From an uncultured Clostridia bacterium (lineage in GTDB: Bacteria > Bacillota > Clostridia > Christensenellales > CAG-138), in the NCBI GenBank assembly GCA_934633985.1, contig CAKTYU010000010.1, forward strand, positions 1,185 through 65,184: a DNA stretch of 64,000 bases, written 5' to 3'. A program made the position numbers and the translations under genes. Below are positions 35,060 to 43,926 of the stretch, piece after piece. Each line of letters starts with the position of its first letter. Position 1 is the stretch's first letter. Below the pieces are notes generated by a model. That model made no database searches and was not told the origin of the DNA. It saw only the letters and a list, made by a program, of their open reading frames with translations.

Positions 35060-35979
35060 TGCTGCACCTCCTTTGAACGGGTGGATTTAAGCTGTATAAG
35101 GCCGATTGCCGCAACCAGTATGAAGAACAGCACCGCCTTGGCCTGGCCCACGCCCCTTGCATTGACGTTGGTGCCGTAGAAGGAATTGACTATGTTCAGC
35201 GCCAGCATTTCGGTGGTCTTTACCGTGAGCCCGCCCGGCTGCATCACGAAGGGGCGGCCCCCCGTAAGCGCCAGGTTCTGGTCAAACAGCTTAAAGGAGT
35301 TGGTAAGCGTAAGGAAGGTGCATATAGTTATGGAGGGCATGACGTTGGGTATGGTGATGTTCCACAGCGTCTGCCACTTCGTTGCGCCGTCTATCTTGGC
35401 GGCCTCCAGCATATCCTCCGGCACGGACTGCAAGCCGGCTATGTATATGATCATCATATAGCCTATCTGCTGCCAGCACATGAGGATTATGAGCCCCCAG
35501 AAGCCGTACTTGGTCTCCAGCAGTATGGAGGTGCCGTATCGGGTGAGTATGCCGTCGAATATCATGCTCCAAATATAGCCCAGCACTATGCCGCCTATCA
35601 GGTTCGGCATGAAGAACACGGTGCGGAAGAGATTGGAGCCCTTTATGCCCTGCGTCAGCACATAGGCCACCGCAAAGGCGAGTACGTTGATAAGTATGAG
35701 GGAGACCAATGCGAATACGGCCGTATACAGGAATGCATGTGTAAACGACGGGTCCGCAAGCGCCTTGGTGTAGTTGCTGAGCCCTACCCACGTCCACTTG
35801 CTGGTGGTCTTGAATTTGCAGAAGGATAAGAACAGTCCCTTGCAGAAGGGATAAAGGAAGCCCACGCAGAACGCCGCGAAGGTGGGCAACAGGAAAAGCC
35901 AGAAATAGCGCTGTATCGGCCTTCGGATAAGTATGGAATTCAGCGCCGCATTATCCCGTTTGCGTTTCCGGAATCGCAT
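35056..35979 (-). CDS. Carbohydrate ABC transporter permease (MalF-like)
   Basis: EAA loop MLEAAKIDGATKWQTLWNITIP. Start at MRFRK (GGAGA RBS). The stop overlaps the next permease start (ATGA-type overlap). Confidence 0.9.
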   Translation of the reverse strand: MRFRKRKRDNAALNSILIRRPIQRYFWLFLLPTFAAFCVGFLYPFCKGLFLSFCKFKTTSKWTWVGLSNYTKALADPSFTHAFLYTAVFALVSLILINVLAFAVAYVLTQGIKGSNLFRTVFFMPNLIGGIVLGYIWSMIFDGILTRYGTSILLETKYGFWGLIILMCWQQIGYMMIIYIAGLQSVPEDMLEAAKIDGATKWQTLWNITIPNVMPSITICTFLTLTNSFKLFDQNLALTGGRPFVMQPGGLTVKTTEMLALNIVNSFYGTNVNARGVGQAKAVLFFILVAAIGLIQLKSTRSKEVQQ

Positions 35980-36102
35980 GATAATTTCTCCTCTCGTTAA
36001 TATATTGTGCCGCTTATGTACAGGGGCCCTCCCCCATCGCTTCCCGGGGGGAAGGCCTCCGCACATTCCCCGTCCGCAGAGGAACGTTTTAACGGAAGTT
36101 TT

Positions 36103-36134
36103 CAAAACGGGGCGAGCGGAAGCCGCTCGCCCCG
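36103..36134 (-). terminator. Intra-operon hairpin/attenuating terminator after the binding-protein gene
   Basis: Minus strand: CGGGGCGAGCGG-CTTC-CGCTCGCCCCG followed by TTTTG. A typical device for raising the SBP:permease ratio. Confidence 0.5.
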
Positions 36135-36164
36135 TAATGTTTTACAGAGTGAAATCGCTGTCGG

Positions 36165-37508
36165 TTATGCAGCATGCTCGGCAGTGTACTGAGCGGCCCA
36201 GCCGTCTACGAAGGCGGTCTTTACAGCGTCCCAGCTACCGCCCGCAACGTACTTGGACAGAGCGTCAACCACGCCTGCGCGCCAATCCTCAACGGCGGGG
36301 GTGTAGTTGAAGGCCCAGGTCACTACATAGTTGCCCTTTGTGATGTAGTCGTTTGCCTGTGCAAAGAATACGTTCTCAGGAGTCTTTGCAGACTTGAAGG
36401 GGCAGGGACCGAACTGCTCGGCCAGCATGGTGGTGCCCTCCTCAGAGGTTACGACCCACTTCATGAAGTCCAGAGTAGCCTGGATGTTCTCCTCGGAGGC
36501 TTCCTTGTTTACGGACCAGCAGTTCTCGGTGCCGCAGCAAAGACCGGCCTTCTCCTCGCCCTCAACGCCGCAGTAGATGGGGATCATGGCAAGATCCTCG
36601 GGCTTGAGACCGGCTTCTACGAGGCCGGCATACTCCCAGGTGCCGTTCTGATAGAATACAGCCTTGCCCTCCTTGAACTCACCGCTGGACATATCGCCGG
36701 TGGCGGTTATAATGGCGGCGCCGGTGGTGGCGGTATCGGTGGTGTAGAGATCCCAGATGGCCTTGTAGTTGTCCAGATACTTGCCGGTAATAGCGGCGGG
36801 CTGTTCAGTTACGTTGTCATCGCGGAACTCATAGAACATGGGCATATTGGCAAGGTGGCCGGAGAACCTCCAGGAGGAGGAGCCGTCAAGGCCGGAGGAG
36901 CTGAAGGCGTCAAAGCCCAGCTCGGCGGCGCGGGCATGGATATCATCGGCAACTGCCTTGAGAGTCTCAAAGTTGGTGATCTCATCGATGGAGTGACCGG
37001 CCTTCTCCAGCAGGGCCTTGTTCACGATGATGCCGAATGCCTCATAGCAGTAACCGGCGGCAAGCACCTCGCCGTTCTCGCCAAAGAGGTTGAAATCATC
37101 GGTGGTCATTTCCTTGTAGAAGTCGGTGTCCTTCAGATCGAGGCAGTAATCGCCCCAGGTGTTCAGAGCGCCCTGATTGCCGCACTGGAACAGCGTAGGG
37201 GCCTCGCTCTTGTCCATTTCGGAGGTCAGAGTGGTCTGATAGTCGCCGGAGGCGGCGGTAACGACCTTTACGGGCACTCCGGTGAGCTCGGTGTACTTCT
37301 TAGCCAGCTCCTGCCAAGCGGCGTCGGCCTCGGGCTTGAAGTTGAGATAATAGACGGAGCCTGCGGCGGCGGGCTTATCGGAGGTCTCCTCCGCGGGCGC
37401 AGCGGCGCCTTCCTCGGCGGGCTTAGTCTCTTCCGCAGCGGGTGCGGAGCAGGCTGCCATCGCGAATACCATGGCGACGGTCAGCAGCAATGCCAAGAAC
37501 TTCTTCAT
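36165..37508 (-). CDS. Sugar ABC transporter substrate-binding lipoprotein (maltodextrin-type by context)
   Basis: Lipobox AMAAC, low-complexity linker, family-1 SBP. Lies upstream of the permeases and malQ. Confidence 0.9.
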   Translation of the reverse strand: MKKFLALLLTVAMVFAMAACSAPAAEETKPAEEGAAAPAEETSDKPAAAGSVYYLNFKPEADAAWQELAKKYTELTGVPVKVVTAASGDYQTTLTSEMDKSEAPTLFQCGNQGALNTWGDYCLDLKDTDFYKEMTTDDFNLFGENGEVLAAGYCYEAFGIIVNKALLEKAGHSIDEITNFETLKAVADDIHARAAELGFDAFSSSGLDGSSSWRFSGHLANMPMFYEFRDDNVTEQPAAITGKYLDNYKAIWDLYTTDTATTGAAIITATGDMSSGEFKEGKAVFYQNGTWEYAGLVEAGLKPEDLAMIPIYCGVEGEEKAGLCCGTENCWSVNKEASEENIQATLDFMKWVVTSEEGTTMLAEQFGPCPFKSAKTPENVFFAQANDYITKGNYVVTWAFNYTPAVEDWRAGVVDALSKYVAGGSWDAVKTAFVDGWAAQYTAEHAA

Positions 37509-37561
37509 TTTTGTTATCCTCTCTTTTTTATATCATTTCTGCGCGGCAGGGCCGCACAAAT

Positions 37562-38575
37562 TTAATTCATATCCATTACCGAAGCGCCCCGGCGGAGCTT
37601 CGTCTCCAGCGTAAGGTGCCTGTTTTTTCCCCGGCCCTCTATCATGTCGAGGAGTATCTCCACGCTCTTCTGCCCCATTTCGCTCATAGGCTGGCACAGC
37701 GTGGTGAGCGTGGGCTGTATATAGTCGGATACCGTCAGGCCGTCAATAGCCATTACCGAGCAATCCTCCGGCACCCGCCGCCCCCCCTCGCGGAGAGCCT
37801 TCATAGCGCCTATCGCCATATCGTCCGCTATCGCGAACACCGCAGTAAAGTCGGGGTTTCTTTCAAGCTGCCCCTTCATTGCGGCGTAGGCGTCCTTTAT
37901 GTCAAAGCTGCCCGCCGAGACCACGAGGCTTTCGTCAAAGGGCAGCCCGCGCTCCTCCAGCGCCCTCCGGTAGCCCCGGTAGCGGAGCTGGCTTATGGAC
38001 CAGTCATCGGGCCGGGATATGAGCGCCGCGATGCGCCTGTGGCCGTTTCTGTAAAGCTCGTTCACGGCCTTATATGCTTCCTCCTCGTCCGCTATGGAAA
38101 CCGAGGAATACTCGTCGTCGTCAAGGTCGCCGTAGCGGTTGGTGTATGAGCAGCACACGAAGGGCACGTTGATCAGCCTTATGCGATCCTTTGTGTAGTC
38201 GTGGCAGCCGCCTAAGAACACTATGCCGCGGAGGCGCTTTTCCCTCTCCATCTCCGCGCCGCACTTTATCTCGTCATCGCAGGAGGCTATGTGGCGCATC
38301 ACCATGGTGTAGCCCGCCGCGTCTATGCTTTCCTCTACGGAGCGTATGATGTCCGCATAAAAGGCGTTGGAAACGCCGCGCACCACAAGGCCAATGGCGT
38401 CCGAGCTGGTCTTGACCAGATCCCTCGCGCTGTTGTTTGGGATGTAATTCGAGCTTTGTATTACGGCGTTCACCCTGCTCCTGCAAACCTCGCTCACGTC
38501 CGGTCTGTTGTTCAGTACGCGGGAAACGGTGCTTACGCTCACGCCGCTGAGTTTTGCGATATCTTTTATGGTCAT
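37562..38575 (-). CDS. LacI family transcriptional regulator
   Basis: MTIKDIAKLSGVSVSTVSRVLNN HTH plus a periplasmic-binding-like sugar domain. Confidence 0.92.
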   Translation of the reverse strand: MTIKDIAKLSGVSVSTVSRVLNNRPDVSEVCRSRVNAVIQSSNYIPNNSARDLVKTSSDAIGLVVRGVSNAFYADIIRSVEESIDAAGYTMVMRHIASCDDEIKCGAEMEREKRLRGIVFLGGCHDYTKDRIRLINVPFVCCSYTNRYGDLDDDEYSSVSIADEEEAYKAVNELYRNGHRRIAALISRPDDWSISQLRYRGYRRALEERGLPFDESLVVSAGSFDIKDAYAAMKGQLERNPDFTAVFAIADDMAIGAMKALREGGRRVPEDCSVMAIDGLTVSDYIQPTLTTLCQPMSEMGQKSVEILLDMIEGRGKNRHLTLETKLRRGASVMDMN

Positions 38576-38627
38576 TTTAAGCGCCGCCTGTTTTCGAAGG
38601 TTGCTGATATGGTTGCTGAAAACCTTA

Positions 38628-38643
38628 CCGGTAACGTTACCGG
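38628..38643. promoter_or_regulatory. Perfect 16-bp palindrome CCGGTAACGTTACCGG (LacI-type operator candidate)
   Basis: Central AACGTT/CG core as in LacI/GalR-family operators. Lies 53 nt upstream of the LacI start codon. Confidence 0.55.
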
Positions 38644-38707
38644 AACTTTACGATGACATTATATATATTATCCTGCCCAAAGTCAATAGCGAACCGCCAA
38701 AAATTCA

Positions 38708-38738
38708 CAAAAAAGGGGCGGTCGCAAAGGCCGCCCCC
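38708..38738 (-). terminator. Intrinsic terminator after the GH18 gene
   Basis: Minus strand: GGGGCGGCC-TTTGC-GACCGCCCC followed by TTTTTTGTG. Confidence 0.65.
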
Positions 38739-38779
38739 GGGAGCTCCGGGAAAAGCGGCCTGACGCCGCCCGGCAATGC

Positions 38780-39919
38780 CTACCCCTGTCCGAAGGCTTT
38801 TTCCGTGCCGTACATACCGGAAAGCACCGCCCAGTTGGGCCGGTACAGGGTATTTATGTTCCAGTAGCTCACCCCGCCGAGGCCGTACTCGCCCACCAGC
38901 TTCAGCTTGGCCTCTATGCTGCGCGGGTCCTCAAACCAGGCGATATGCTCCGTTCCGGCGCTGTCGTAATACCTGAAAAAGGGCGACTGTGCCGCATCGT
39001 CAAAGCGTATGTCGGCGTATTGACGGTATGCGGTCTGCGGTATCTCCGGCAGGGACAGCGGCTGCGCGGAGGTTCCCTTTTTGTATGGAAGCGTCCAGTT
39101 ATAGCCGTAGCTCGCCATACCCATCATTATCTTTTCCGGCGGCATTTCCATTATTGCATAGTCCAGCACCCGCCTCACCCTGTCCATGGGCGCGACCGCC
39201 ATGGGCTCGCCGCCGGCGCGCCCCCACCCGTGGGTCATTATTATCACCCTGTCCGCGATATTCCCGACGGCCGCATAATCGTGTGCGGTGTACGGCAGCC
39301 CGGACTGCTCGTGGCTCATCTTGGGCGCGAGGGCGACGTAAATGCCGCGGCCCGCCCTGTGCAGCGCCTCCGCCATATCCATCAAAAGCTGCGTATAGAG
39401 CGTCCTGTCCTCCTCCCATATATATTCAAAATCCATGTTAAGCCCGAAGTAATTGCGGCTATCCAGATATTCCGCAACATTTTCTATAAGCCTCGCCTTC
39501 ACACCCTCGTCCGCCGTCACCGCATGGGCTATCTCCCCGCAGAAGCCGCCGTTTTCCCGCCGGTTTGTCAGGGTGAGCACCGGCGCCACGCCGTTCACAT
39601 AGCATTTGCGTATGAGCTCCGTATCCTCGAGCTCCGAAATGCTGCCGTCGGCGCGGGCCTTGGCGGAAAACACCGAAAGATACGTGAGATGCCCCAGCGC
39701 GCCCAGCAGCGCCGCATCGGATATTTCGGGCAGGGCGTACCCGTTGACCGCAACGCTGCGCTCCCGTATGCCTTGGCCGGGTATCACGAGGGCGAGGCCG
39801 GAGGGCAGCTTATAGGGGTCGCTAAGCTGGTTCGCGGCAACCAGCGCGGAGATCGTCACGCCGTTTTTCCGGGCTATATCCAGCAGCGTATCCTCCGGCT
39901 TCACGGTATAGATATACAT
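38780..39919 (-). CDS. LysM + GH18 glycoside hydrolase (YaaH/SleL-like spore peptidoglycan hydrolase type)
   Basis: N-terminal LysM YTVKPEDTLLDIARKNGVTISALVAAN. GH18 catalytic GLNMDFEY. No signal peptide. ATG at 39917-39919 with an AAGGAGG upstream. Confidence 0.85.
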   Translation of the reverse strand: MYIYTVKPEDTLLDIARKNGVTISALVAANQLSDPYKLPSGLALVIPGQGIRERSVAVNGYALPEISDAALLGALGHLTYLSVFSAKARADGSISELEDTELIRKCYVNGVAPVLTLTNRRENGGFCGEIAHAVTADEGVKARLIENVAEYLDSRNYFGLNMDFEYIWEEDRTLYTQLLMDMAEALHRAGRGIYVALAPKMSHEQSGLPYTAHDYAAVGNIADRVIIMTHGWGRAGGEPMAVAPMDRVRRVLDYAIMEMPPEKIMMGMASYGYNWTLPYKKGTSAQPLSLPEIPQTAYRQYADIRFDDAAQSPFFRYYDSAGTEHIAWFEDPRSIEAKLKLVGEYGLGGVSYWNINTLYRPNWAVLSGMYGTEKAFGQG

Positions 39920-40011
39920 AATAAAAAAGCCTCCTTGCACAGGTCGTATTTGTATAAACCTATGCGGAAGGCCCTTAATTGATTACCTATGTATCTATCT
40001 AATCGTTGTAT

Positions 40012-40380
40012 CTATCTCACCGTAAGCCCAAAGCAGCAGTTGCCGCCTATAAAGGCGCCGCTTTCATCTACCATGCCGAAGGGCTCCAGCTCCGGCATCC
40101 TCGCCAGCCGGTTATTTTCGATAAAGGGCATTTCCTTGCATAGCAGCGCGCAGAAATCCTTGTTTGCAAGTATGCGCCGGTAAACATTACGCATGAAGCT
40201 AAGGCTGCCGCCCATTATAACTATCACATACGCCTCCTCCACCCAGCCTCCGGAAAGGCTAAGGCCGGAGATACTGTAGCGCGTAAAGCCGGAAAGCAGC
40301 TTTTCCATGCAGCCCTTCGGGCCGATATCCATGTTTTCCTTGGGTATGCGCATACCCAGCGCAAAATGGTCTATGTACAT
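40012..40380 (-). CDS. Hypothetical protein (about 122 aa), no family recognised
   Basis: ORF with a plausible ATG (MYIDHFALGM...) and a GAGGA 12 nt upstream. Cys-containing C-terminus GGNCCFGLTV. No motif I can name. Confidence 0.4.
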   Translation of the reverse strand: MYIDHFALGMRIPKENMDIGPKGCMEKLLSGFTRYSISGLSLSGGWVEEAYVIVIMGGSLSFMRNVYRRILANKDFCALLCKEMPFIENNRLARMPELEPFGMVDESGAFIGGNCCFGLTVR

Positions 40381-40523
40381 TCGGCGTTTATGTCCTCGCT
40401 GTAAATTCTTCCCTGTATTATTGCACAATCCGCGCTTTTTATCAAGCGGCGGACAAAACCGCGCAAAAATATGGTATAATTATTTAACTCAAATCTATCG
40501 CTTTTGAAAGGAAACGTTTTGAT

Positions 40524-41477
40524 ATGACAGATATTACCGCTCTCGGCGAGCTTTTGGTGGACTTTACCCCGGCCGGCCTTTCCCCGGCGGGCTATCCCCT
40601 CTTTGAGCAAAACCCCGGCGGCGCGCCGCCAAACCTACTTGCGGCGGCGGCAAAGCAGGGGCTTTCCACCACATTCATAGGCAAGGTGGGGAACGACATA
40701 AACGGGCGCTTCCTAAAGGGCGCGATGGAGCGGGCGGGGATAAGCACCGCGGGCCTCGTCATGGATCCCGCCGCCGTTACCAGCCTCGCCTTCGTCGCGC
40801 TGGACGACAGCGGCGAGAGGGAGTTCTCCTTCGTGCGCGATCCCGGCGCGGACACGCTGCTCCGGCCCAACGAATTGGATCAGCAGCTCCTGCGCAATAC
40901 GAAGGTGTTCCACGTAGGCTCGATCTCGCTTTCGGCGGAGCCCAGCCGCTCCTCCACATGGCAGGCGCTCATCACCGCAAAGTCCGCGGGTGCCGTGGTG
41001 AGCTACGACCCCAACTACCGCGCCTCCCTCTGGGCGGACGACGCCGCCGCCTGCGATCAGATACGCTCCATACTGCCCATAGTCGATATAATAAAGCTCT
41101 CCGAGAATGAGCTGCCCTTCGCCGCGGGCATAGACGACGTGGATACCGCCATAAAGGTGCTGCGGCGGGAGGGCGTATCGCTCATAGCCATAACCCTCGG
41201 AGAGGAGGGAGCCGTGGTGGCTGCCGGAGACCAGCAGCGCCATGTGCCCGCCTTCCCGCGCCGCGCGGTGGACACCACCGGCGCTGGCGACGCCTTCTTC
41301 GGCGGCTTCCTCAGCGAATTTGTAAAGAGCGGCAAGAGCGTATACGACGTGACCATAGAGGATGCGGCGCGCTTCGCCCGCGTGGGCTGCGCCACGTCCA
41401 GCCTCTGCGTAGGCAGGCGCGGCGGCATGCCCTCAATGCCCTCCATGGAAGAGATTACAGCGCTTTTAAACGGATAA
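40524..41477 (+). CDS. PfkB-family carbohydrate kinase (fructokinase-like)
   Basis: GELLVDF, NPGGAPPN, C-terminal DTTGAGDAF PfkB signature. Confidence 0.9.
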   Translation: MTDITALGELLVDFTPAGLSPAGYPLFEQNPGGAPPNLLAAAAKQGLSTTFIGKVGNDINGRFLKGAMERAGISTAGLVMDPAAVTSLAFVALDDSGEREFSFVRDPGADTLLRPNELDQQLLRNTKVFHVGSISLSAEPSRSSTWQALITAKSAGAVVSYDPNYRASLWADDAAACDQIRSILPIVDIIKLSENELPFAAGIDDVDTAIKVLRREGVSLIAITLGEEGAVVAAGDQQRHVPAFPRRAVDTTGAGDAFFGGFLSEFVKSGKSVYDVTIEDAARFARVGCATSSLCVGRRGGMPSMPSMEEITALLNG

Positions 41478-41488
41478 GGAGGTCGTAT

Positions 41489-42166
41489 ATGCCGCTCACC
41501 ATAGAACATCACGCCGTAATGTTCGCGCTGCTTGCAAAGCACGCCATAGAGATATCCGGCGAAAGGGGCAAGGAGGCCATACTTGCGGGAATGACCCGCT
41601 ACGGCAACGAGAGGGGCCGGCGCATGGCGCTCAATGCCCTTGAGCGGGGCGATAGGCTCACCGTGCTCAACAGCCAGGCCTACGGCGAATGGAAGCCGGA
41701 CTTCCCGGGCCAGATGGAATTTGGCGTAACCTGCGGTATGCCCGTGCTCCAGACCTACATATCGCGGTGCGCCTGGTGCGACGCATGGGCGAAGCACGGC
41801 CTTACGGAATACGGCAAATACTACTGCTGCAACATAGACAACGCCTGGTTTCAGGGCTTCAACCCGGAATTTGCCTGCACCCAGCTCAACCCGCCCATGA
41901 GCTGGGGCGGCGACTGCTGCCGGTTCAGTTGGGGCGAGGGGCTCACCCACAAGCAGATAAAGGCACTGGGCAAAAAGAAAAAGTCCCTCGGCAGCGCCTG
42001 CATAAAGGACTTTACATTCCACACCGCCCATATACTGCATACGGTAGGGGACGTGCTCATGGATGAGCTCGGCAATGACGGCGCCATAGCGGTAAGCCTC
42101 GCCAAGTCTGACTATTCGGATATCTTCGGCAAGGACGCCCTTGACTGCCTTGACGGGATATTCTAA
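41489..42166 (+). CDS. L-2-amino-thiazoline-4-carboxylic acid hydrolase (ATC_hydrolase) family protein, Cys-rich
   Basis: YGNERGRRMA, CAWCDAW...YCCNIDNAWFQGFNPEF...CCRFSW pattern recalled for PF14196 members. AAGGAGG RBS, 11-nt gap after the kinase gene. Confidence 0.7.
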   Translation: MPLTIEHHAVMFALLAKHAIEISGERGKEAILAGMTRYGNERGRRMALNALERGDRLTVLNSQAYGEWKPDFPGQMEFGVTCGMPVLQTYISRCAWCDAWAKHGLTEYGKYYCCNIDNAWFQGFNPEFACTQLNPPMSWGGDCCRFSWGEGLTHKQIKALGKKKKSLGSACIKDFTFHTAHILHTVGDVLMDELGNDGAIAVSLAKSDYSDIFGKDALDCLDGIF

Positions 42167-42408
42167 AACAGCTCCCGCAATATCAGATCGGTCTGCCCTG
42201 GGTTGCTTCCCGGGGCTATTCTTTTCACCTTCCGGTGGCTTTTGTATTTGTAATGCACCATATCCCGCAGCACGGTGCTGTGGGTATAGCCGTGTATTAT
42301 GCGTATGCGGTAGACAGAGGCGTTCGCCCTGCGCAGCGCCGCGTCTATGGCTATCTGCGCCTGTGTCTGGTTCATTCCGTGTACGTCCACCTCAACTATT
42401 CCCGTCAT
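42163..42408 (-). CDS. Stand-alone Smr (small MutS-related) domain protein
   Basis: 81 aa. VDVHGMNQTQAQIAIDAAL...RIRIIHGYTHSTVLR matches the Smr DxHG...HG.G layout. Confidence 0.75.
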   Translation of the reverse strand: MTGIVEVDVHGMNQTQAQIAIDAALRRANASVYRIRIIHGYTHSTVLRDMVHYKYKSHRKVKRIAPGSNPGQTDLILRELF

Positions 42409-42414
42409 CTATCA

Positions 42415-43197
42415 TTACCGCTCCTCAAAATTTGCAAAGAAGGCCCTGGTGCGCTCGCTCTTGGGGTTGTTGAAAACCTCCGCTGCCGTGCCCGTCTCCT
42501 CTATCGCGCCCTCTGACATAAATAATACCTTATCCGCCACGTTCTTTGCAAACTCCATTTCGTGAGTTACGACTATCATGGTGCTGTCCGCGCCCTTCAG
42601 GCTCCTTATCACCTTAAGCACCTCGCCGGTAAGCTCCGGGTCCAGTGCCGACGTGGGCTCGTCAAAGCAGAGTATATCCGGGTTCATTGCCAATGCGCGG
42701 GCTATTGCCACCCGCTGCTGCTGGCCTCCGGAAAGCTGATGGGGGTAGGAATCCATCCTGCCGCTCAAGCCCACCCTCGCAAGGAGCGCCCGGGCTTTTT
42801 TGTCTATTTCCGCCTTGGCCTCCCTCATGCCGCCGCGGCTCGGGCTTTCCGCGAGCATGAGCTCCGGGGCGAGCCTTACGTTTTGCAGCGCTGTATACTG
42901 GGGGAAGAGGTTGAAGGACTGGAACACCAATCCAAAGTGCAGCCTTTTTTTGCGTATCTCGTCCTCGCTAAACGCGGCGGGGGCGTCGGAATCCAACAGC
43001 GTCTCGCCGTTTACGGTGATCCTTCCCTCATCCGGGCTTTCAAGGAAGTTCAGGCACCTTAAAAGCGTGGTCTTGCCGGAGCCGGAGGAGCCGATTATGG
43101 CAAGCACCTCGCCCTTTTCGAGGGAGAAGTCGAGACCCTTAAGCACCTCGGTATCCCCGAAGCTCTTCTTTATGTTTTTTACTTCCAGCATCGCCAT
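42415..43197 (-). CDS. Polar amino-acid ABC transporter ATP-binding protein
   Basis: [35 protein letters not shown]. Confidence 0.92.
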   Translation of the reverse strand: MAMLEVKNIKKSFGDTEVLKGLDFSLEKGEVLAIIGSSGSGKTTLLRCLNFLESPDEGRITVNGETLLDSDAPAAFSEDEIRKKRLHFGLVFQSFNLFPQYTALQNVRLAPELMLAESPSRGGMREAKAEIDKKARALLARVGLSGRMDSYPHQLSGGQQQRVAIARALAMNPDILCFDEPTSALDPELTGEVLKVIRSLKGADSTMIVVTHEMEFAKNVADKVLFMSEGAIEETGTAAEVFNNPKSERTRAFFANFEER

Positions 43198-43201
43198 AAG
43201 C

Positions 43202-43846
43202 TCACACCCTAAAATAGTCCAGCTTCTTTTCCACGCGGCCCAGTATGACCGTCAGCACCCCGCAGAACAGCAGATAAAACAGCCCCGAATAGAACAGCGG
43301 CCATATAAGGCCCTTAACCGATATATACTCCTGCGCTATCATTATTATCTCCTTGCAGGCTATTACGCGGGCAAGGGAGGTATCCTTTACCAGCGTCATC
43401 ATCTCGTTCCCGAGGGGCGGCACTATGCGCTTCACCACCTGAAGCAGTATTACGTTGAAGAACACCTGCTTTTTCGTCATGCCCAGCACCTGCCCCGCCT
43501 CGTACTGGCCCTTGGGTATGCTCTCTATGCCTCCCCGGTAAATTTCCGAGAAATACGCGGCGTAATTTATGGAAAAGGCTATTAGCACCGCACAAAGGCG
43601 GGAGACCGAATTGCCCTCCCAGAGCAGGCCGGGGCCGTAGTAAACTATCATTAGCTGGAGCATAAGGGGGGTCCCCCGCATGATCCACACGAAGCCGCGG
43701 GTGAGCCACGCTATGAGCCTGATCCTGCTCATGGAGCCGAAGGCTATGACTAAGCCCAGCGGCAGCGCCGCGAGCAGCGTCACTATGAATATTATGCAGG
43801 AGACGCCGAAGCCCTCAAGGAGCTTTTGTGTAACGGTAAGCAGCAT
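43202..43846 (-). CDS. Polar amino-acid ABC transporter permease
   Basis: EAA loop GQYEAGQVLGMTKKQVFFNVILLQVVKR. 5 TM. Confidence 0.9.
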   Translation of the reverse strand: MLLTVTQKLLEGFGVSCIIFIVTLLAALPLGLVIAFGSMSRIRLIAWLTRGFVWIMRGTPLMLQLMIVYYGPGLLWEGNSVSRLCAVLIAFSINYAAYFSEIYRGGIESIPKGQYEAGQVLGMTKKQVFFNVILLQVVKRIVPPLGNEMMTLVKDTSLARVIACKEIIMIAQEYISVKGLIWPLFYSGLFYLLFCGVLTVILGRVEKKLDYFRV

Positions 43847-43874
43847 ACTTTCAATGATCCTTTATCGTCTATAT

Positions 43875-43897
43875 CGGGCAGGGAGCCTTTCCCTGCC
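43875..43897 (-). other. Intra-operon stem-loop after the binding-protein gene
   Basis: GGGCAGGGA-loop-TCCCTGCCC, a 9-bp perfect stem with no clear T-run on the minus strand. Possibly an mRNA-stabilising or attenuating hairpin. Confidence 0.3.
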
Positions 43898-43926
43898 CTT
43901 TGTCAAGCTGTTCTTATTGCGCCTTA

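Noticed and set aside
36174-37565. 463-aa plus-strand ORF
   Set aside because: It is antisense to the sugar-binding lipoprotein gene, which has a lipobox, an RBS and operon context. Its composition is low-complexity and Gly/Leu/Ala-rich.
40480-40523. Possible catabolite-responsive element (cre) upstream of the fructokinase-like gene
   Set aside because: Neither strand of TTGAAAGGAAACGTTTT / TCAAAAGCGATAGA satisfies the WTGNAANCGNWNNCW core. On one strand the central CG is misplaced, and on the other the TG is missing.
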